From NCBI GenBank assembly GCA_003971905.1, contig RSEE01000088.1:186001-250000 (forward strand): DNA of 64,000 nt. Reading direction: 5' to 3'. The translations under genes were made by a program, and so were the position numbers. The notes beneath the pieces were generated by a model that saw nothing but the letters and a program-made list of their open reading frames with translations, did not search any database and was not told where the DNA came from. The DNA is from Moniliella sp. 'wahieum' (Eukaryota). Below, one piece after another: positions 27,608-39,657 of the stretch (position 1 is the stretch's first letter; every line of letters begins with the position of its first letter).

Positions 27608-28240
27608 ATGTTCGTCTCGCCGCGCGTGCTATCGTACCGGTTCCGGTACTGGCGGCAGAGCCAGAGCACCCTCAAGTCCGTCAAGGCTCAGCGGGAAGAC
27701 TGGGAGTCGCACCGTCTGTTCCCGGCTGCGCGGCATGGTCTGTACCATGGCGTGCGCATTGGCAATGGCCATCGCATCACCAAGAAGCAAAAGCACCACA
27801 ACAAGCGCCTGTTCAAGCCCAACATTGGCAAGCGTCGTGTGTTTAGTGTGATTCTGGGCCGCGCGATCCTCACCCGCCTCAGTACCCGCGCCATCCGCGC
27901 CATCAAGCGCGCCGGCTCGCTCGACAAGTACATCCGCTCCTCCAGTGACGGCAAGCTGGGTGAGTTTGGTCGTTCGCTGCGCGACGAGATGGCCGAGTGC
28001 GGGACGATTCAGATGCAGTTTGAGCGACTGGGCCTGCTGCCGTCGATCGAGGAGACCCGGACCGAGTACATGAAGAACCGCAAGGGCCCGCTCAACAAGC
28101 TCCACAAGAAGAAGGCGTGGCAGCCGCCCGAGGCCGCCCTCAAGGTGGCATCACAAACGTCGCCGTTGCAGTTGGCGCTCAAGAACCTGCGTGCCAGCGA
28201 GGGCCACGACTTTTATGGCCCCATCAAAAAGTCCTCCTAA
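27608..28240 (+). CDS. Mitochondrial ribosomal protein bL28m (MRPL24-like)
   Basis: 'ARHGLYHGVRIGNGHRIT...NKRLFKPNI..RRVFS.ILG......LSTRAIRAIKRAGSLDKYI'. Confidence 0.85.
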   Translation: MFVSPRVLSYRFRYWRQSQSTLKSVKAQREDWESHRLFPAARHGLYHGVRIGNGHRITKKQKHHNKRLFKPNIGKRRVFSVILGRAILTRLSTRAIRAIKRAGSLDKYIRSSSDGKLGEFGRSLRDEMAECGTIQMQFERLGLLPSIEETRTEYMKNRKGPLNKLHKKKAWQPPEAALKVASQTSPLQLALKNLRASEGHDFYGPIKKSS

Positions 28241-29267
28241 GGTGCCATGCGACCCTACGGCTAGGGCGGTGCGCCGGCGGGCAGCGCCGCTGTCGCTCCT
28301 CACGTTGAGGGAGCGTGGGACGACACGTTGCGCGTTGGCAGTGCCGGCGATTTTTAAGTATGAAGGACGGGCTCACTCTGCCGTGCCTGGCTGTTACGCT
28401 TCTGTAGGGGTGCATTGCTTGCGATGCAAGGTTCGCGCAGGGACTACGATGTTTGTTCTGGCGGCCTTGGTTGTGGGCGGTGGGAGGTTGGATGGGGGTA
28501 GAGTGGGCCGAGGGCTCGTATGCATTACCATAACCAACGCGGAGTGGTGAGGAGGGGCGGGGCGGAGTTGGTTGTGGGCGAGAGGGATGGTGGGCTGGAC
28601 GCATAGCGAATGCACAGGAGGGCAATATGCTGTAAGGGGTCAAGGAGGTGCGGAGGGCAACTGTGATGACAAACATGTGTGCCGCACATTGCTGGGTTGG
28701 TCATGGCGGTCATCAGGCGTTGGCGAGGCTGTGCTGTGGATGTGATGGGCTAGTTTGGATGTAATGCGACATGAGAAGCAAAGGTGGGTGTAGACGACCA
28801 ATTGGAAGGCGCTGCTGTGACTAATATGAGACGCCAGCACACGCGTGCTTGACGGAGTGCTGCATGCTGGGCGTGGATGGACTGAATCGAGCGGGCTGAG
28901 TGCGAGTGGGCCAGTGGGGCTGCGAGCGGAGGCTGAGCCGGGGCGTGCTGAGGCCTGAGGTGTGCTGAGCTGAGCCCATGGATCGCAAAAGGCAGACACG
29001 GCCGCTGCAGTGCCGAGCGCAGCAGCCACGCGTGGCCGCACAGCGCTCCAGCGCAGCACCTCCTCGCCCCGCACCCTGCCGCTGTGTGACATGTGACGGT
29101 GCTGCAGGGGGCGTGCACGAGCATCCATTCGCATTCAGCACTCTGCATTCTGCACTCGCACGCTGCATCCCCGCCCGCCCATCCACCGCCCTCCGCCGTC
29201 CGCCGCTGCCTCGCCCGGCCCAGCCCCCGTCGGCTGCCCCCACCACCTCCCCCCCCCCCCCGTCCCC

Positions 29268-31386
29268 ATGCGTCTCCCCCGCCCCGCCCCCCTCCGCCCG
29301 CGCTCCTGCGCCTGCCCCTCCGCTCGGGCCTCCGCGCCGCCCTCCGCCCGCCCGCCCCGGCGCCTGCCCCGCCCCGGCGCCTGCTCTCCTCCACCCGCTT
29401 GGTGCGCGCGGCGCCCCCCCGCCCCCCCCCACCCCCCCCCCCCCCCCCCCCCCCCCCCCGCCCCCGCCCCCCCCGTCCTTCTGGGCACGCCACCCCGTCA
29501 TCAAGTACACCCTCTTCGGCCTCGGCAGCATTGGCTTTGGCCTGAGCGCCACCATTGCCCTCATCCTCGCCTACGACTTTACCACCTACCACGAGCACCA
29601 TGTCGGCTCGGTCCCCGTCTCGCAGCTTGCGCTCCACCCGCAGCGCGGCGGACCCAAGAACCTGCCCGTGCTCTCTGCCCTGGTAGACGACATGCAGGAC
29701 GACGAGTCGGCCAGCCTGGCCCAGAAAGAGCACCTGGTTATTGTGGGCGGCGGCTGGGGCGCCGTCGCCTTGCTCCAGTCGCTCGACAAGGACAAGTACC
29801 ACGTCACCCTCGTCTCGCCCACCAACTACTTCCTCTTTACGCCGCTCCTTCCCTCGGCGCTGTCGGCACCGTCGAGCCCCGCTCGCTCGTCGAGGGCCTG
29901 CGCCGCATCCTCAAGCGCGTCGACGGCCATTACATCCAGGCAAAGCCGTGGACGTGGTGCTGCCGTCGCAGTTGGACGAGAATCGCGAGTTGCCGCCCGG
30001 CAAACGGCACCTGCTCGAGGTGGCCGTTGTCGACCGCAGCGGTTCGGATCAACACGGCGAGGAAACGTTTACCGAGCATGTCTATGTGCCGTACGACAAG
30101 TTGGTCGTGGCCTGCGGCAGTGTGACCAGCACCCATGGTGTCCCTGGCCTGGAGCACAGTTACCAGCTCAAGACGATCGACAATGTGCGCAGCATCCGCT
30201 CCAAGATTGTCAACAACCTCGAGGTCGCTTCCTTGCCCACCACCACCCCGGAGGAGAGAGAGCGACTGCTGAGCTTTGTTGTCTGCGGCGGCGGTCCCAC
30301 GCGTGGAAACGGCAGCAGAGATCTTTGACATGATGAACGAAGATGTGCTCAAGCTGTACCCCAAGCTGATTCCGTGCCAGGTCAAGGTATCTGTGATTCG
30401 TCGCGCGAGCACATTCTCAACACGTACTCAGAGACCATCTCCCAGTACGCCGAACGCAAATTTGGGCGGGACGGTGTGCAGCTCATCACCAATTCGCGTG
30501 TCAAGTCCATTTACCCCGACAAGGTGACCTACACGGTGCGCAAGAGCGACAACACGGTGGAGGAGTTTGACATTCCGACTGGCTTCACGCTCTGGTCCAC
30601 GGGCATTTCGATGAACCCCTTTACGCGCCGCGCGAGGTGCTGCCCAACCAGTTCCACCTCAAAGCGCTCATGGTCGACTCGCACCTCCGCGTCAAGGGCA
30701 GCCCGCGCGGCAGTATCTTTGCCCTGGGCGACGCGGCGACGACGGACAACCGGTTGATCGACCATCTGTACGAGTGGGTGGAGAAGCACGATGTGGACTG
30801 TGATGGCCAGCTGTCCTATGACGAGTTTGCCGCCGTCGTCAAGGACATTAGCAAGGAGTACCCTCTGGCGACCAAGCACTTTGAAAAGCTCGACCGTTTG
30901 TTCCATGAATACGACGTGGACAAGGACGAGCGCTTGTCGGTCAACGAGCTGTCGACGCTCTTGCTCGGCTTGCAAAAGAACATCACTTCCTACCCGCCCA
31001 CGGCGCAAACCGCGTCGCAGCAGGGTAAGTACCTTGGCAAACTGCTCAACAGCGAGGCGCGCGCGCGCGACCGCGCCCTGCGACGATCCCACTCCGACCC
31101 CGAGAGTGACCGCCAGGTCGCCAAGACCAGCACCGAGATGGAGGAGGAACACTACCCGCCTTTCAAGTTTACCAACCTCGGTTCGCTCGCCTACATTGGC
31201 AATGCCGCCGCGTTTGACATTCCCTTCTTGCCCGAACGCGTGGGCCAGTATGCGGGCGGCTTGGTGGCCATGTACGTCTGGCGCTCCTTCTACCTCTCGG
31301 AACAAGTCGACTCGCGCACCCGTCTCCTCCTCTTGGTCGACTACATCAAACGCGGTATCTGGGGCCGCGACCTGAGCAAGATGTGA
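29268..31386 (+). CDS. Type II (external mitochondrial) NAD(P)H dehydrogenase with an EF-hand insert (NDE1/NDB type); start uncertain, several frameshifts
   Basis: 'LVIVGGGWGAV', 'YFLFTPLLPS', 'VPYDKLVVACG', 'FVVCGGGPT', 'IFALGD', EF-hand loops 'DVDCDGQLSYDE' and 'DVDKDERLSVNE', 'YPPTAQTASQQGKYL', 'LGSLAYIG', 'IWGRDLS'. Confidence 0.92.
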
Positions 31387-32577
31387 TCGACCCGCTGGAC
31401 CGCTTAGCTGCTTGGCTCAGCTCAGGGGACGTGGATGCGGAGGTGAGCTTGCACGAGCCAAACCTCGCACCCGCCAACGGACACTATTGCTCGTCGTATC
31501 GCACGGTTCAGGTGGTTCAGGTGGTTTAAGCGGCCCATGTCGCACTCCTCGTTTTCGTCTCCTTCCCCCCTCCGAGCCCGGCAGACGAAGCAGCGGAGCA
31601 GCGGGGAGAACCCGGCCCTGAGGCCTGAACCCTGCTCGCCCGATCCTATCCATGCTGTCTTTTGCTGCTTTAACAGTCGTCCATGCTGTCCATGCCGTGC
31701 AGTATCGTTGGGCGTGGGCAAATTCAATAGTATCCTGTTAATGCCTCGATCTGGTTAGGACAAGGAGCAGGAGCCACAAAGGTAGAAAAAATGTGTGCTG
31801 CAACGCTATTGCATGAAAGGAGCCAAGGTAGAAAGAAGCTGTGCGCTCCAGGCCATCCATGGTCACCTGGTCACGCACACGCCGTTCGTTCAGGTTAGAG
31901 ATCTGAGATCCGATGCATGATGTGTGATATGTGACGCGTGAATGTGACTCCAGCATGTCACACCGCCACATGTCACATGTCACAGGTCAGACCTCCGATC
32001 TCGCATCTCCGATTCAGGCGCAGATTGCGATCCCGACGCTCGCGTGGGGCCAGCCTGGGCGCGTGCAACCCATGAAGCAGCCACCTCGTGTGTCGTTTGT
32101 CCACCCCTCCTCCCTAGTGCCCCACGCGGCGCTGCCCTCAGGGCGCCATCGCCTTCTCTAGCCCTGCGCTACCCCGACGGCCATGGGCACCTATCCACCC
32201 ACCACATGGGAGCTTCCCGTCCCCCTCGTTCTCTATCTACCCCCCTCCCCAGCTGATGCAATAGTAGCTGTCTACCTCCCTGGTCCGTTCCTACAGCCGC
32301 ACGAACCACGCGCGACCGTGCACAGCGTCCCGAGCCAAGCAAAACAGTTCATAGCGACAATCTGTGCGGGCGACCGCTCCACCTTCGCTCCAGTGCATGG
32401 GTTTTGTGGCAAGCAGCAGCAAGTGGCGAGTCAGATGGGGCGGAGCAACGAAACAAAAAGAAATCAACGAGCAAACAGCAGGCAGCACAGCGCACGCCCG
32501 CCCACTCGGGTACCACAACCTGCACAGGCGGGACGGGAACGGGACGGGAACGGGACAGGCAGCCCCACCGGGCCTAC

Positions 32578-34212
32578 CTACGCAAATGGGCTTCCAGCGA
32601 TCCAAGTGCCTCCTGCCGTCGCCGATCCAGGCGCGGAGACCGGGTCGTCGTCGGGGCCGACCTCGGTGGGCTCGCCAGGAGTATAAAGCGGCGCTGGCGC
32701 TTGCGGTGGCGGGTTGCTCGTCCCGTACCGCTCCTTGGCGTTGCGGGACATGATGCCGGTCAAGGGACCGAGCAGACGAGTAAACTGCTTTTCGCTCAGT
32801 TTGGCCACCTTGAGCTGCGGTTTGGAGGCGGCGGCAGCCCCCGATCCCGATCCCGCTTCCGCGTCGGCCTCCACGCCTTCCATCCCCTCTTCCTCTGGGC
32901 TGGCCGTGACGACGACCGACGCTGCACGCGGCGTGTTGTACAGCAACGCCAGTTCGCCAAAGTAGTCTCCGCGGCCCAGCCGACCCACCGTCACCTCGTC
33001 CTCCTCGGGGAAGGGTGCGTGGTGGCTGACGGTCGGGGTACCGGCGGTACTGGTCCGGCGCTTACGAACTTCAGCGTGACCGTCGATGATGAGGAAAAAT
33101 TCACGACCCTTTTCGCCTTGCTTGACCGGCCGTTGGCCCAGCTGGTACGTAGCCAGTTGCAGCGAATCCACTAGCTTGGCCCGTTCCTCGGAGCGCATGT
33201 GCTCAAACAGCGGTACTTCCTTCAAGAACGAATCGAACAGCTGGCGCCGCCGCAGCGCCGACTCGAGCAAAATCGTCCGGAACGTCACCCGATCCACCGC
33301 CCACAACGTGCAGGCCGACGTACTCTTCACTGTCGCCGCACGTGGCTGGGCATACATGAGTGCCAACTCGCCAAAACTGTCTCCAGGGCCGTAGGTGGTC
33401 ACCTTATCGCCCAAGTCGGTCGACGATGATGCCGGCGCTTGCTGCTCCGACCCCGATCCCGACCGCTTGTACACCTCCAGCGCACCGGAACCGACAACGT
33501 AAAAGTAATCTCCTTCCTCGCCTTGCGAAATCACCGCTTTCCCCGCCGGCACCTCGACCTCCTTCATGGCCAGTAACACATCGTGGTACTGCTCATCGTC
33601 CAGGTTGTTGAACAAAAAGTGGTTCTGCACCGCCTGTTTCAGGCGGTGCATCTGGCCTTCCGTCTTAGGGATCTGCGGCATGACAGGAGGCGGATGCGAC
33701 GTGCTGACCGGCAACGATTCCGCCGAGACCGAGGTACGTCGACGCAGGTCCATCAGCGCCGGGTTGAGTTGCACCAGCGGGCCGGGTGTGTCGGGCTCCT
33801 CCTCCGTCGAGTCGGTACTGGCATTGCTGTCCCACGAATTGCGGAAGGCGACACTGCCGCCTCCGGAGGTTTGGACGAGCAGCGTAGGCGGGGGAGCCGA
33901 GGCGGCCGCGGCGGCGGAAGCCGAAGCAAACGTAGAGTTGGAGCTGGAGCTGGAGCTGGAGCCAAACGGATCGGAAGTGGCAAACACATTGGGATTGGGA
34001 GCAGCGACCGAGTCGGGCGCCACGTCGTCCGTCGGGCCAGCGTCGAGCGGGGGGGCGGGGGCAGGCGCGTCGCGGCGCAGCGCCTTGCGTTCGCGCTCCA
34101 GGCGGTGGTTGAACCAGTTGGCGCAGAACTGGAGCGTGTCGGACGGGCGGGCGCGCGCCACGTCGCGGTTGAGCTCGTTGAGGATCTGAACAAACTCGCT
34201 GGGCACGGCCAT
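32578..34212 (-). CDS. ubc1: cAMP-dependent protein kinase regulatory subunit (Ubc1/Bcy1), intronless
   Basis: N-terminal dimerisation/docking domain 'P..F..IL.ELNRDV.R.RP.D.LQFCANWF'; inhibitor site 'RRTSVSAES'; two cNMP-binding domains 'FGELALMYAQPRAATV' and 'FGELALLYNTPRAASV'. Confidence 0.96.
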   Translation of the reverse strand: MAVPSEFVQILNELNRDVARARPSDTLQFCANWFNHRLERERKALRRDAPAPAPPLDAGPTDDVAPDSVAAPNPNVFATSDPFGSSSSSSSNSTFASASAAAAASAPPPTLLVQTSGGGSVAFRNSWDSNASTDSTEEEPDTPGPLVQLNPALMDLRRRTSVSAESLPVSTSHPPPVMPQIPKTEGQMHRLKQAVQNHFLFNNLDDEQYHDVLLAMKEVEVPAGKAVISQGEEGDYFYVVGSGALEVYKRSGSGSEQQAPASSSTDLGDKVTTYGPGDSFGELALMYAQPRAATVKSTSACTLWAVDRVTFRTILLESALRRRQLFDSFLKEVPLFEHMRSEERAKLVDSLQLATYQLGQRPVKQGEKGREFFLIIDGHAEVRKRRTSTAGTPTVSHHAPFPEEDEVTVGRLGRGDYFGELALLYNTPRAASVVVTASPEEEGMEGVEADAEAGSGSGAAAASKPQLKVAKLSEKQFTRLLGPLTGIMSRNAKERYGTSNPPPQAPAPLYTPGEPTEVGPDDDPVSAPGSATAGGTWIAGSPFA

Positions 34213-34716
34213 CGCGGTGAGAGGGGGGTGGTGGGGCCAGTGACTAGCGCCCGTGCCTGTGACTGGGCCAGACGAGGTGCAATCGAAATCGATAAGCGCC
34301 CGGAGGAGGTGCGGCCTGGCGCCTGCGACGCCGCCCAGGCGAGGCGAGGCGAGGCGCTGCGATGCCTCCCGTCGCAGCCCTCCGTTCGCTCGGGCGCCCC
34401 AGCACACTGCCCGCGCGCCCAGCCGCCCGCAACCCTAGCCCCCACCGCGCCAGCCAGCGTGCGTGTGGCTTACCTAACCGGTGCACCGTGCACGCTGCTC
34501 GCGCGCTAGGGTTGGCTGTCTGCTGCCCGCCTTCCGACGCCTGCGGCAGTCATTAAACGCCCAGCGCTGCGTCTGTAACCATAAACCCGCATGGTGCTAC
34601 GTGCGCCGCCACATGGCTGCCAGCCGGCCTGGGGTCCCACGAGCCATCCATCCCATATGCCTCGCACACACCCATCCTCTCTTCGCTCTTGCGTCACCCC
34701 GCCATCGCCCCGGCCC

Positions 34717-35793
34717 TCAAATCAGGAACGGGAACATGGCCTTGCGGCCGCGCGGGTAGTCCGGGAACTCCTTGCGGTAGTTGCGGTGCTTCTTCTGCGC
34801 CCACACCACCATCTGCGCCGTCGACACGGCCGTAAACAGCACCGCGGCCGGCGACAGGGTCAGCAGCGAAAAGCACACCCACGACATGGTCTGTCACATC
34901 CCCACGTTTCGCCCCCCCCACAGTAGGTTAGTAGCCCATTTTCCACACGCCCGGCCGCCGCAGCCGGCCCGCAACACACGGCCACCCAAGAGCAAGGCGA
35001 ACAGAACGCGCATACGTACCTCGAAAAAGTAGTTGGGGCAACTGACCAGCTCAAACAGGAACCCGCGCGGGATCTTGCGCACCCGGGTCCCGGGTGGGCG
35101 CAGGTTGGAGAGCATCACATGGCACACCAGGTTGCCCAGCTCCGAGAGCACCATGGCCGCGGCCCACGTGTAGATCCACCACGACCCGTTTTGGCGCAGC
35201 CCGCCCTCGAGCGCAGCTTGCGACTTGCCCGGCCCGTACACACCTAGCGCAAGCAGCACGCCCGACAGGCCCCAGTAATGCGAGCTGTTCTTAAACAGGT
35301 TGAAGAGCGGCATGTCGTCGCTGCTAAAGCGGTGCACAAACAGCGTCTCCGCCTCCCGCTTGGCATAGTGCGCCAAGACGAGGGAAAGAGCAACGCATTG
35401 CATCTCGCTGTGCTGATACTGTTGCCGGAAGAGCCACGGTCCAGCCACATACAGCGCGGGGTGGATGAAGAGCGGACCAAAGTACTCGGTCAGAAAGACG
35501 GTGCGCCAAGCGACCTGCGGGCCGAGGTCCTTGACATCGAGCGTGCCGCCCGTGGGGACATATTGGTCGAGCAGGGCCTTGTCGTCGAGCAGCGGGGTGC
35601 GCGTTTCGCCAACGGTAGTGAGGCGCTGGCGGGAGGGGGCGAGAGTGCGCGCCTTGGCCTGGATGGCCTGCTTCAGCTCCAAGACGGTGGGGGCCGTGGG
35701 GAACTCGAGGGTAACAGGGAACTTGGACGGGGACTTGGACGTCGCTGGCGCGGGCTTGGAAGAGCGCTTCTGGATGGTGATGCTGTAGACCAT
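34717..35793 (-). CDS. TSC13: Very-long-chain enoyl-CoA reductase (Tsc13/TECR); intron 34891-35019
   Basis: 'VKDLGPQVAWRTVFLTEYFGP', 'HYAKREAETLFVHRFS...MP..NLFKNSSHYW', 'LFELVSCPNYFFE'. Confidence 0.94.
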
Positions 35794-36114
35794 GGCGGAT
35801 GGTGGTGGGGGTGGCTGCGCGTAAGTTTCGTTGGGTCAGCTGCGCGTACTGAGTATTGGCTGAATGCGCGCCCGAAGGCCGAGGCCGAGGCAGGCGGGGG
35901 AGGCGGCGGCTTATGTCATGCATCATGCCGCCCTCGTTGGGTCTGGGCGGGGCTGGTAGGGTTGGGGGTGCTGCTTACGTACGCCTCCGCCACACCCCAG
36001 TCGCAGTAGCGGCTACACCAGAGCGCACTGGCACGCACCCACGGGTGCGGTACGTACGCCGCCCCCATCCCCCCCCTCCACCGCCCCTGTCCCCCCGCCA
36101 TCACGCCCGTCCCG

Positions 36115-37267
36115 ATGGTGCTCCCGTCGCTCGGCACGCTCGCCAAGGGCATCGCCACCCTCGCGCTGCTCAGCCTCGCCACCACCGCTGGCCTCCTGTA
36201 CCGCTACCAGCGCCTCCTCATCTACCCGGCCAACGTCCCCCCCGGCTCGCGCCAGCACTGCATCACCCCCGACGAGCTTGGTCTGCCCTACACCGAGCAC
36301 CACCTCACCACCCCCGACGGCGAGACGGTGCGCATGTACCTCATCCTCCAGGACGGCAGCGTCGAGCGCACTGTCCATGAGCCTGTCGCCGTCGGTGCTG
36401 CTGCTGCCGCCCGCCGCCCCACCATCCTCATCCTCCATGCCAACGCAGGCAACATGGGCCACCGCCTGCCCCTTGCCAAGGTGTTTTACCGCCGCTTTGC
36501 GTGCAACGTCGCCATGCTCTCCTACCGCGGATATGGCCTCAGCACCGGCTCCCCCTCCGAACACGGCATCCGCTCCGATGCCCACGCCGCCCTGCGCTTC
36601 CTCAAGTCCCATCCCGTTCTGGGTGGCACCGCGCTGGTGGTGTGTATGGCCAGAGTCTGGGTGGCGCCGTGGCAATCGACTTGGCAGCCCGGTTCCATTC
36701 CGAAGTGGACGGCGCCATCCTCGAGAACACATTTACCTCCATCCCCGACCTTGTCCCGCACGTCCTGCCGCCTCTCAAGCCATTCCTGTTTCTGTGTCGT
36801 GAAATCTGGCCGAGCGGCGTGCTGATCAGCCAGCTGGCACCCAAGTTGCCCGTGCTCTTCCTGAGTGGGAGGGAGGACGAGCTGGTGCCGCCTGCGCAGA
36901 TGACACGCTGTACCAGCGGTGCAACTCGACGGAAAAACACTTTGTGCCAATAGCCGGCGGAATGCACAACGACACGTGTGCCCAACCGGGCTACTTTGAT
37001 CACGTTGGCCAGTTTCTCAAGCAGTACATTATTCCCCTTGCCAAGGAACGCGCCACCCTGCTCGCCACGCCAACTTCCACCCTGTCCCCCCCCACTACGT
37101 CCGCTACTGCCACTGCAGCGGCCGGATCGAGCGCGGCCGACGACCGCCACGCCGAACTTCGTAAGCGCACCGGCACCTTGCCCCCGCCCTCCACCACGCC
37201 AGACGAGTTGACCGGCGACGAGGGGGAATGGGTCAAGATGAACACCAACGAGGCACCTAAACTCTGA
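36115..37267 (+). CDS. bem46: Alpha/beta hydrolase Bem46/ABHD13; frameshifts
   Basis: 'YQRLLIYP', 'LHANAGNMGHR', 'SYRGYG.S.G.PSE.GI..DA', 'YGQSLGGAVAI', 'ILENTFTSI', 'LFLSG..DELVPP', 'GMHNDT'. Confidence 0.93.
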
Positions 37268-37953
37268 ATACCCGTTTCTTATTGACCTCTCCTCATCCCC
37301 CCCCCCCCCCATCCCCTCTCCCGTGGTGGAACTAGCCTGTTGGACATGCCATGTGAATCTTGATAGCACTGGCTTGTCGCCTGGACAGACTGTATTGAAT
37401 AATGATTGAGGAAAGGACAAGAGCGTTTGCCCACTTGTTATGGAAAACGAAAATGCACTCCTTGCTCTCCCGGCATGACGGACATGGAAGTTGAGCCGCC
37501 ACGCGCGTCACGCTTCTACCGCGTTAGCCGGTCCGGGATGGATCCTGATCTGAGGGCCTAGGGACTACGCGCCTGCCTGATGTCCCATCTGGTCCGTGTA
37601 GGAAAGAAGGTTGGGAAACGTGATGTTTGATCGTATGTGTATATCTAGACCAGTGGCCACGAAGACAAGTTACAAAAGAATAAGGGAGAGGAGAGAGCAG
37701 CAGCCGAAATGTCCGTAATCGTGATCCTCCCCGCGGTCACGGCATGGGTCACACGCGGAGGCATTTTTCTTCAACAACAAAACAGAAACAACTTCATCCC
37801 GGGGAGGAGAGAAGGAATAGTGCCAGTGGGATGAGGGATTTACTGTCGTCCAATGTTGGGCAGGAGAGAACAATGAACTCTTGGGAAGGATTTACCGTTG
37901 TCCATGGGGGTAGGAGAAAAAGAAACAAGGGGGTCTTTGGTTTTGAGGTGCGA

Positions 37954-39657
37954 TCAAAAGTGAGGGGCGTTGAGAGCAAGAAGCAACATCAGACCAGCCA
38001 GCAACCCTGCACAGGGCAGAGTCAATACCCAGCCCACAAAGATCCAGAGCAGCTGGCGCCAATTTACAGCGCCCAGGTCGTAGTTCATCAAGGCGACACC
38101 CATGGACGAACCGACGAGACACTGCGTAGTGGATACAGGCAGGGACAAGCGCGATGCAAGCAGGACGGTGATGGCTGCTCCGAGTTCAACAGAGAACCAC
38201 GGGAGGGCGACATGCGGGTGATCTTGTTGCCGAGAGTGCGAACAATGTGGTAGCCGTAGAACCAGAACCCGATGCCCAGCAACAGACCGGCCACGACCAA
38301 AAACCAAACGGGGGTGGTTGACTCGGTGTCCACCTCGCCAGAAAGGTAGGTGGCGTACACGGCAGACCAAGGCCCCACTGCATTCGCCACATCGTTTGAG
38401 CCATGCGCGATGGACATCATCACTGCAGAGACCACTTGACAGTAGGTAAACAAATGCTCCACCCTCCCATCGTACTCGGCTGCCTTGGAATGGATCACAT
38501 CCAGACGCTCAGACTGGTGCATGACCACTTCCCGTGTAACCCCTTGCAACAGCCCAAACTTGAGGTACCCCCACGTCTTCCGAGGGTTTGACCAAGCCAG
38601 GTGCTTGACTGGACCAATAAAGCGCTCGTACGGTTCGACCATCTTGGCCGGCTTGGGTTGGGAATCGAGATGAGCCACCGTCACTGGGCGTTGTTCCAAA
38701 TCGTTGTTGTTGAAGTCGGACTTGACCGAGCAGATTTCGTCTTCCACGTCATATTTTTCCCCACGGATGACGGTGGAAGAGCGTTGCTGATGGGGCGTGG
38801 TTGTACTGGGTGTTGGTGGTGGAGCCTGGGAACGGGACCCACGGGTCTTTTTTCCACAAAAGAGGGCCGAGAGGTAAGTGCCAAACCTGAATGCGCTCAT
38901 CTTGAAGGACCAGGCGTCGGTGTGCATACGGAAGGAAAAAGATGTAGGCCAACAATAGGCAGCCGCCAAAGACCCCGAGAATGGTACCAACAGTTTTGCC
39001 AGTCCCAAACTTTTCCAAATCGCCTCCCACCGTGGGGGCTTCAATGGTAAGAAACAAGGCGAGAATGCCGCCTGTGATGGCCATGTATAGTGGAGCAAGC
39101 CGCATGGCCCATTTGAACGGGTCCTTGCGTTCCAACAGAGTGTACTTGATCACCCCAAACACGATTGCCGAAAAGCCAGCGGCAATGCCGGGTGCGATGC
39201 CCCACGACGCGGCGATTTGTGTCACACTGCCCTTTTTCCACTCCCAGTGGATCGACGCTTGGGACGCAAGGCCCACCCCACACAATGCCCCTACAATGGT
39301 CTGGGTCGTGGACACTGGGAAGCCCAATGCAGTCGAAAGGATCAACCAAATCGCACTGCCCACCTCGGCACACGACATGGCCAGCATCAGCGGGCCTGGG
39401 TGGCCCGTGAACCGGTCAATGTCAATGATTCCACTCTTGATGGTGCTAGTGACACGGTCACCCAGTGCGACGGCACCAATGAACTCGGTGCAGGCAGCTA
39501 GGAGACCCGCTTGCCACATGGTGAGCGTGCGTGCAGCGACCGAGGTAGCATACGAGTTGGCCACATCATTCGCGCCGTTCCCAAATGCGCTAGCGGTAAA
39601 GGCCAGGGTGGTGATTGCCAGGATCCAGTCGTACTTGGCCGTAACTGGGGGGATCAT
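37954..39657 (-). CDS. PHO89: PiT-family Na+/phosphate symporter (Pho89 / Neurospora PHO-4-like); frameshifts
   Basis: Two PiT signatures, 'GNGANDVANSYATSV' and 'SIAHGSNDVANAVGP'; 'PVSTTQ' occurs twice. Confidence 0.95.

Noticed and set aside
29420..29475. Long poly-C tract as a special structure
   Set aside because: It falls in a Pro-rich coding segment of the NDH-2 gene, and homopolymer length is unreliable in this assembly.
24612..36115. Head-to-head gene pairs (YCS4/SEC62, IMP4/bL28m, TSC13/BEM46) as functional clusters
   Set aside because: Short bidirectional promoters are ordinary in compact fungal genomes, and the functions are unrelated.
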